Source of the DNA: Prasinococcaceae sp. CCMP 1430
Taxonomy: Eukaryota > Plantae > Prasinodermophyta
NCBI GenBank assembly: GCA_013416795.1
Contig: RQSC01000004.1
Coordinates: forward strand, 102,234-107,467
Direction of reading: 5' to 3'
Length of the DNA stretch: 5,234 bases
The position numbers and the translations under genes were made by a program. Position 1 is the first letter of the stretch; the number at the start of each line of letters is the position of its first letter. Shown here one piece after another: positions 1 to 5,234 of the stretch. The notes beneath the pieces are model-generated. The model saw only the letters and a program-made list of their open reading frames with translations, was not told the origin of the DNA and did no database searches.

Positions 1-56
1 AGGCCGCCGAGGCCGCGTTCGCGCCCGAGGCCGTCGCCGACGGGCTGCTCTTTTGA
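1..56 (+). CDS. Probable 3' end of a gene running in from the left of the window (…AAEAAFAPEAVADGLLF*)
   Basis: The frame starting at nt 3 has GC3-rich codons (gcc gcc gag gcc gcg ttc gcg ccc gag) and ends at TGA 54-56. It is too short to identify. Confidence 0.4.
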   Translation, partial: AAEAAFAPEAVADGLLF

Positions 57-224
57 GCGCTAGCGCGTGCTCCCGCGCGCCGCACACCGCCCGCAACCCC
101 TGCTGCGGCCCATGCTCGACGCGCTCGAGGCGGGCGGGGCCCCGTGAGCGGTGGCGACGCTTGGCGATGGTTTTAAATACGTGCGTACTCGCTCCTCCTC
201 AAACCGCCGCGCAGGCGCGCGCGC

Positions 225-899
225 TCACTCGCGGATGGAGTCTGGGTCCTCTCTGAGCACAGCGTTCAAGCGCTCCTCCTCAACGTCTTCGGCGACGTCC
301 TCGCCGAGACCGAGCCGTGCCTCGGACTCTGTGTCGTCGCCGTCGGCGATTGCGGCGTCGGCCTGTTCGGCGCTGCGAATTTCCTCGCGCAGCTCGTAGA
401 GATCGTGCTCCAGCCGCGCGCGCCCGGCCCTGCGAGGGTCGACCTCGGCACCCCCGCGCCTTCCACCGCCAAGAAGCCCGCCGAGCCCGCCTCGCAGCCC
501 TCCCCCTAAGTTGCTGCTCGCCCCGTCGGCGTCGGCTCCCCCGGCGCTGCCGAGCGTCTTCTCCAGGTCGTCCTGCGCACCCTTGAGCAGTGCCTCCACG
601 CGTGCGAGCTCATCTGTGAGGCGGTCTACGCGCGCCTCGCACGCGCTCGCCCTGTGCGCCAGCACGGCGTCGCCGGAGCTTGCGCGTCCCATGTCGGCCA
701 CATGCGCCTCCAGCTCGTCGAGGCGGCGACGCGACACCGCGAGCTCAGCCTCGGCGGCGTCCGCCCTCCAGGAGGCTTCGCGAGCCACGTCCTGCATCCG
801 CAGCGCGCGCGTGCGCGCCACCGAGAGATCTGCGCTCTGCCCCGCCCACGCGACCGCCACCGCCCGCACCGCGGCGCAGGCCGCCGCCGCCGCGAGCAT
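225..899 (-). CDS. Hypothetical coiled-coil protein; the 5' end may extend into the N gap
   Basis: 224-aa ORF with GC3-biased codons. It has heptad-like Ala/Glu/Leu/Arg segments (RRLDELEAHVADM, RVDRLTDELARVEALLK, RLEHDLYELREEIR), a Gly-rich linker and an acidic C-terminus. The stop is TGA at 227-225. No family recognised. Confidence 0.7.
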   Translation of the reverse strand: MLAAAAACAAVRAVAVAWAGQSADLSVARTRALRMQDVAREASWRADAAEAELAVSRRRLDELEAHVADMGRASSGDAVLAHRASACEARVDRLTDELARVEALLKGAQDDLEKTLGSAGGADADGASSNLGGGLRGGLGGLLGGGRRGGAEVDPRRAGRARLEHDLYELREEIRSAEQADAAIADGDDTESEARLGLGEDVAEDVEEERLNAVLREDPDSIRE

Positions 900-906
900 G
901 AGCGCG

Positions 907-1080
907 NNNNNNNNNNNNNNNNNNNNNNNNNNNNNNNNNNNNNNNNNNNNNNNNNNNNNNNNNNNNNNNNNNNNNNNNNNNNNNNNNNNNNNNNNNNNNN
1001 NNNNNNNNNNNNNNNNNNNNNNNNNNNNNNNNNNNNNNNNNNNNNNNNNNNNNNNNNNNNNNNNNNNNNNNNNNNNNNNN
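907..1080. other. Assembly gap (174 N)
   Basis: Run of N; it hides the region between two divergent genes. Confidence 1.
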
Positions 1081-1108
1081 CCGGGCGGCGCGCGCTGGCG
1101 TGACGCAG

Positions 1109-1397
1109 CGCGCTCGACGCGCCGCCGCCGGGCGCCGAGGTGCTCGTCGAGTACTCGGAGGCGGAGCCGGACCTCACGGACGACTTCATCGAGCTAGCGG
1201 ATGCGCTCGAGGACGCGCTTCCCGACGTCAGGGTGGAGGGCAACATCCCGCCGATCGGCGAGCCGCGGCAGGGCGCGTTCGAGGTGCGCACGGGCGGCAT
1301 CATGCTGCACTCGCGCCTCGGCACCGGCGAGATGCCGCGGCACATCGCGCTCGTGAAGAGGCTGCAGGACATCCTAGCGGAGGAGGCGGACGAGTAG
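1109..1397 (+). CDS. Last exon of an Rdx-family (SelW/SelT/SelH-like, thioredoxin-like fold) protein lacking the CxxC/CxxU motif
   Basis: The translation VLVEYSEAEP…ELADALEDALPDVRVEG…GAFEVRTGGIMLHSRLGTGEMP follows the Rdx pattern V-x-V-x-Y-(C-x-x-C/U)…LA-x-x-L…G-x-FEV…L-x-S-[KR]…G-x-x-P. The stop is TAG at 1395-1397. An in-frame TGA at 1101-1103 followed by CAG at 1106-1108 suggests a splice acceptor, so upstream exons probably lie in the gap. Confidence 0.72.
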
Positions 1398-1730
1398 GCG
1401 CGCAGTGCCATCGGGCGCGCTCGCCGAGCGCGCCGGCGCGGGCATGGCTGGGCGCATGACGCGCGCGCGGCGGAAAGCACACACCGGCGCTCCTCAAGAG
1501 GGAGGAGCGCCACCGCCGCGGCGCCGACGCCACACACACACACACACTTGCCCGCCCAGAGCGACCTCCCGCTCGCACGGGGGCGCCGGCGACTGCCGCG
1601 CCCCCCTTCACTGCCACACCTGTACATGAGTAGAAGTGTATCTTATCTAGAGTGTGAGCCCACGGCCTTCAACAGCTCGCGCGCGCGCCGCCCTCCTCCC
1701 GGGTGCTCCGCTGACGCGCTCTCTCCCTCC

Positions 1731-3024
1731 CTAGTCGAAGAGCTCGGAGAGCATCATGCCCGCGAGCAGGCCTCCGCCGATGCCGACCCCCACGCCCACG
1801 CCGCTGCCCGTGCCGCCGCCGCCGCGACCGCGGTGGACGTGGCCGTGGCGGGCGCCTGCCCCGTACGCCGCCTGCGGCTGCTGCGCGTAGACGACGCGCT
1901 GCTGCACCGGCTGCTGGTAGACGACCTGCGGTTGCTGCTGCATGACCATCCGCGGCTGAGCCTGCACGTACTGCGTCGGCTGCTGCACGACCATCCGCGG
2001 CTGCGCCTGCGCGTACTGGGGGTGAGCCACGACCGCGGGGGGCGGCGGCTGCGCGTACTGCGGCGGGTACGCCGCCTGCGGCTGCGCGTACTGCAGCTGC
2101 TGCGGCGGCTGCGCGTACTGCTGCTGGGCGGGCTGCGGCGGGGCGTACCCCTGCTGCGGCACCTGGGGCGGAGCGCTGGGCTCCACTCTGCCGGCGCCCT
2201 CCCTGGCCTTGGCCTTTTGCACGGCCATCCACTCCTTGAGCGAGTCGAACGCGGCCGTCCACTCGGCGAGGGTGATCTTGCCGTCCTTGTGCAGGTCGAG
2301 CGAGGCGAAGAGCTCCATGATGTCCGCCTTCGTGGCCTGCGGGATGAGCTCCGCCATCGCCCGGCAGAGCTCCTCGAAATCGATGGACCCCGGGTTGTCG
2401 GCGTCGCACTGGTAGAAGAGCGTCTCGGCCGTCTGGCGCGTCACGCCGCCGCCCTGCGCGCACGCGCACGCGCACACACGCGCGCGAGCACGCGCACGTC
2501 CGCACGCGCACACGGGCACGCACACACGCACGCGGGAGAAGCATGCGCGCCCAGGAGGACGGGGGGGGGGGGCGGTGCGGGGGGGTAGCCGCGGTCAGCA
2601 TGCAGCCAGCGCCTCACGGTTGCCCCCTGCGACGCAAGGGGCTAGGGCGGAGAGGGGGGTCGCGTGTGCGCGCGAGAGAGAGGAAGAGAGAGAGAGAGAG
2701 CTCTTGTAGTCGCACCGCGCATCTCACCCTGTCCTGGGCGGGCGCCGCCGCCGCGGGCGGCTGCTGCGATTGCTGCTGCGCGGCCCCCTGTCCGGGCTGG
2801 TAGCCCTCCGGCGGCAGCGGCACCTGCACGATGTCGCCGGCCTTGAGGCCCTGCGGCACGTCGAACTCGCACGTGGCGCCCGCATTGGGCAGGCCCTGCG
2901 GCACGGCGACCGCGAGGCGCATGCCCGCGCTCACGCCCGGCGGCAGCGCCACGGCGAACGTCCCCGAGCGCTCCGCCTCCGCGGCGGACTGCGTCATGGG
3001 CTGCTGCGCGGGGCGCTGCTGCAT
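1731..3024 (-). CDS. Spliced EF-hand protein, exons 3024-2728 and 2453-1731. It has N-terminal VxVPxG..AG repeats, two EF-hands, a Gln/Pro/Tyr-rich region and a Gly-hydrophobic C-terminus.
   Basis: The EF loops are DADNPGSIDFEE and DLHKDGKITLAE, each flanked by helices. The phase-0 splice joins …PAQDR|GGGVTRQ in frame. The stop is TAG at 1733-1731. The start is uncertain: ATG 3024 (cacc ATG), ATG 3039, or an upstream exon. Confidence 0.8.
1934..2018 (-). repeat. Coding tandem duplication: two 40-nt copies, 45-nt period, encoding QY(A/V)QAQPRMV(V/M)QQ
   Basis: 1934-1973 and 1979-2018 differ at 3 positions. Related GGCTGCGCGTACTG (QYAQP) units recur between 2047 and 2120. Confidence 0.85.
2454..2727 (-). 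other. Spliceosomal intron (274 nt) of the EF-hand gene
   Basis: Donor AGG|GTGAGA at 2727, branch-like GCTGAC near 2599-2594, acceptor GCGCAG| at 2454. It contains a (CT)n tract, a C12 run and (GT/GC)n repeats. Removing it keeps the reading frame. Confidence 0.8.
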
Positions 3025-3117
3025 GGTGCTGCGCCCCATCAGCGGGACGGCCCGTGGGGCGCCGACGCGCGCGCCGAGTGTGGCGCGCGCGCGCCCCAGA
3101 CGGAGACGCGCCCGGCA

Positions 3118-3326
<209 letters not shown>

Positions 3327-3461
3327 CGGGCGGCAGCGCCCGCGCACCAGGGGAGCCACACAGCGTTTTTTTTGTCGCGCCAATGCGTTTTGATGGGGCG
3401 CCGTTCCCCGAAGGTCTCGGCGCACCCACCGGGGCGCAAGCGCAAGAGAGCTCGTACAGGC

Positions 3462-3482
3462 GGGGGGGGGGGGGGGGGGGGG
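3462..3482. repeat. G21 homopolymer
   Basis: Seen directly. A similar G12 run lies at 2561-2572. Confidence 0.95.
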
Positions 3483-3899
3483 AGCGCGGTTCCGAGGCAG
3501 GACCCCGCCCGCCCCCAGCATCTCGGCACGTCGCGTCGCGCACGGGGTGCCTTGGCGCGGCGTGTGCGCGGGCGCGCGGGCGCAGCAGCGCAGGCGGTGT
3601 GGGGCTGTTGAGCAGTTGGCGGCTTTTTGTGACTGCCGGCGAGGCTGCCGAGCGCTCACTCGATACCCTCGGCTGCGCCACAACGCGCACGTCGCGTCCC
3701 CCATCCCCACTCCCCCTGCCCTCTTCCCACCCGGCGACGCCGACGGCAGGCGCACGGGCCGCCGGTGCGACATGCTCTCGCAGCTCGCGCGGCGCGCGGC
3801 CGGAGTGGCACGAGGGAGCGTGTGGGGCGTCCGGAGAGACGAGCCTCGACTGCAGCCCGAAGCGACGACACCAGGCCATGCAGTAGCCGCGCTCGGTGA

Positions 3900-4901
3900 T
3901 GCGAGGTTGTTGTTGTTGAGCGCTGCCCTGACCACGTCCCTGTCGATCTGGGACTGGGCGAGCCCTGGAGGGGCCAGGATGGTGTAGTACTCTGCGTCCT
4001 CTTCCAGACGCTCGACGTACGTAGCCAGACTGTTGCCACAGTCGTGGAAGAGGGAGCATGCCTCCATGGAGCGGCGCAGGTCCTCGTGGGCCGATGCAGA
4101 GGCCACATAGCGGAGCTTGAGCTCGTCCAGGAAGGCCAGCACAGAGGGCTGGTCGTCTGCTGAGCAGAAGGCGCCCGGCCGCTCGTCGCGTAGGGAGTAC
4201 CAGGTGGCAGCGCTACCCTTGAGGCGCGTACTGAGCTCGTGGATCAGGACGGAATCAGGGACGCCGCCTGCCCGGTGGCCAGCCCAGTGTTGGCGCAGGT
4301 GGCGAGTGTACCTGCGGGCCTTGCAGATGAAGTCGGCCACCTGCCGGGGCTGGTCGGGGCTGCCGGTAGGCTCGAACGCCTGGGGCAGGTGGGCGTCGTG
4401 GCCCTTGCAGAAGGCCACAGGGGCAGCGGTGGGCGCCTCGTTCAGGTGTAGGCGCGCCAGAGCTGCAGAGAGCGCCGTGCGCACCGTGTGCTGCTCAGCG
4501 CTCTGCAGAGCGTCGCCCGCGTGTGCGAGGAACGCATCAGCGAGTGCGGCAGCGCGGTCATGGACCGCGGTGCGCTGCTCGTGCCCCCTGACCGTCCCCT
4601 GGGGGGAGGCAGGCAGGGAGGTGAGCGCCGTCAGTGCCGGCAAGGGCGCAGCGGACGGCGTCGCCGCAGACGGGGCTGCGTCGGGCGGTGCACGCAGGCG
4701 GGTGAGCGCCTCTTGCAGCCGTTGAGTCTCCAGCTGCTGGTTGGCGAGCAGCTCGCTCAGCTCGCTCAGCTGGGTGGCGTGAGCGGCCTGGGCCGCCTGC
4801 TGGGCGGCCTGGGTCGTCTCCAGAGTGTCCAGGCGCTGCGCAGCAGCCGTAGCCTGCCGCGTGGTGGGCGCCTGGGGGGTGGTTGCGTCGTCGGCAGCCA
4901 T
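3900..4901 (-). CDS. gag: Retrotransposon Gag-like capsid protein (Ty3/gypsy Retrotrans_gag type). The recognisable part is about 330 aa; the frame stays open to 3039.
   Basis: The ATG at 4901 has a good context (gccgctATGG). An N-terminal coiled coil (QRLDTLETTQ…LQEALTRL) is followed by capsid-like motifs: FEPTGSPDQPRQVADFI, LSTRLKGSAATWY, VLAFLDELKLRY, SLATYVERLEEDA, DVVRAAL. No CCHC knuckle is visible. Confidence 0.75.
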
Positions 4902-5185
4902 AGCGGCGGTGCGGCGCAGGGGGATGCGTGTGCAGCGCGCGCTGCGCACGCCCCGGCTTCTGTCCTCCAATGAGGGGAGTAAGGTGCCTCTAGAGCGCGC
5001 TAGAGGGGAGGGGTGACACAAGGAGTGCTGTGGAACGTCTCAAGTGTGGCCCCTAGCGAGAGGGGCCCCGATCTTACCGTTGCGGCGCGTGCGCGCAGCG
5101 CACGCGCGCGTACGCGCAAGATTCCGCTCGGGGAACCGCGCGGCGGATAAGATCGCCTGAACCCTGCCTGTGTACCCTAACTAGG

Positions 5186-5213
5186 TTAGGGTTAGGGTTA
5201 GGGTTTAGGGTTT
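5186..5213 (+). repeat. Short telomeric-type repeat block: (TTAGGG)3 TTTAGGG TTT
   Basis: Read directly. It is preceded by an inverted ACCCTAAC (5174-5181) and followed by 21 nt of non-telomeric sequence. The - strand reads AAACCCTAAACCCTAA, which is telo-box-like. Confidence 0.9.
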
Positions 5214-5234
5214 GCGACATGTTTGTGCCTTTCA

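Larger units (their letters stand above)
3900..5234 (-). mobile_element. Truncated or non-autonomous Gag-encoding retroelement, possibly a domesticated gag; boundaries uncertain
   Basis: Gag ORF plus a structured upstream leader. No protease (DSG/DTG), RT (YxDD), clear integrase or second LTR copy was seen in the window. Confidence 0.5.

Noticed and set aside
57-160. Short GC palindromes (e.g. GCGCTAGCGC)
   Set aside because: Expected by chance in (GC)n-rich DNA, and nothing supports a function.
1101-1103. In-frame TGA upstream of the Rdx domain as selenocysteine
   Set aside because: It is not at the Rdx Sec position and is better explained as intron sequence before the CAG acceptor at 1108.
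1457-1500. ATGA…AAA…GA as a SECIS element
   Set aside because: The helix II pairing is poor and the 3' GA is not placed to form the non-Watson-Crick quartet.
1934-2125. Repeated units as a CRISPR array
   Set aside because: They are in-frame coding repeats of a Gln/Pro/Tyr tail in a eukaryotic gene, with no unique spacers and no cas genes.
5174-5213. True chromosome end or telomere-telomere fusion
   Set aside because: Only four repeats are present and non-telomeric sequence follows. The CCCTAA-then-TTAGGG order is opposite to an end-to-end fusion.
4900-5234. Hammerhead ribozyme / Penelope pseudo-LTR
   Set aside because: No CUGANGA core was seen on either strand, and no RT or GIY-YIG ORF is present.

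Overview
High-GC eukaryotic genomic DNA, probably from a microalga (inferred from the GC content, GT-AG introns, microsatellites and TTAGGG repeats), with a 174-N assembly gap at 907-1080. The left two thirds holds compact host genes: the probable last codons of a + strand gene (1-56), a - strand coiled-coil protein (225-899), a + strand Rdx/SelW-like protein with no Cys/Sec motif (about 1109-1397), and a spliced - strand EF-hand protein with a Gln/Pro/Tyr-rich tail (1731-3024). The right third holds a - strand Ty3/gypsy-type Gag capsid ORF (start 4901). No protease, RT, Zn knuckle or second LTR is recognisable. The Gag ORF is preceded by a hairpin-dense leader and a short telomeric repeat block (5186-5213). 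This telomere-repeat-associated, gag-only unit pointing into the EF-hand gene is the most unusual part of the window. All calls come from reading the sequence; no searches were run.
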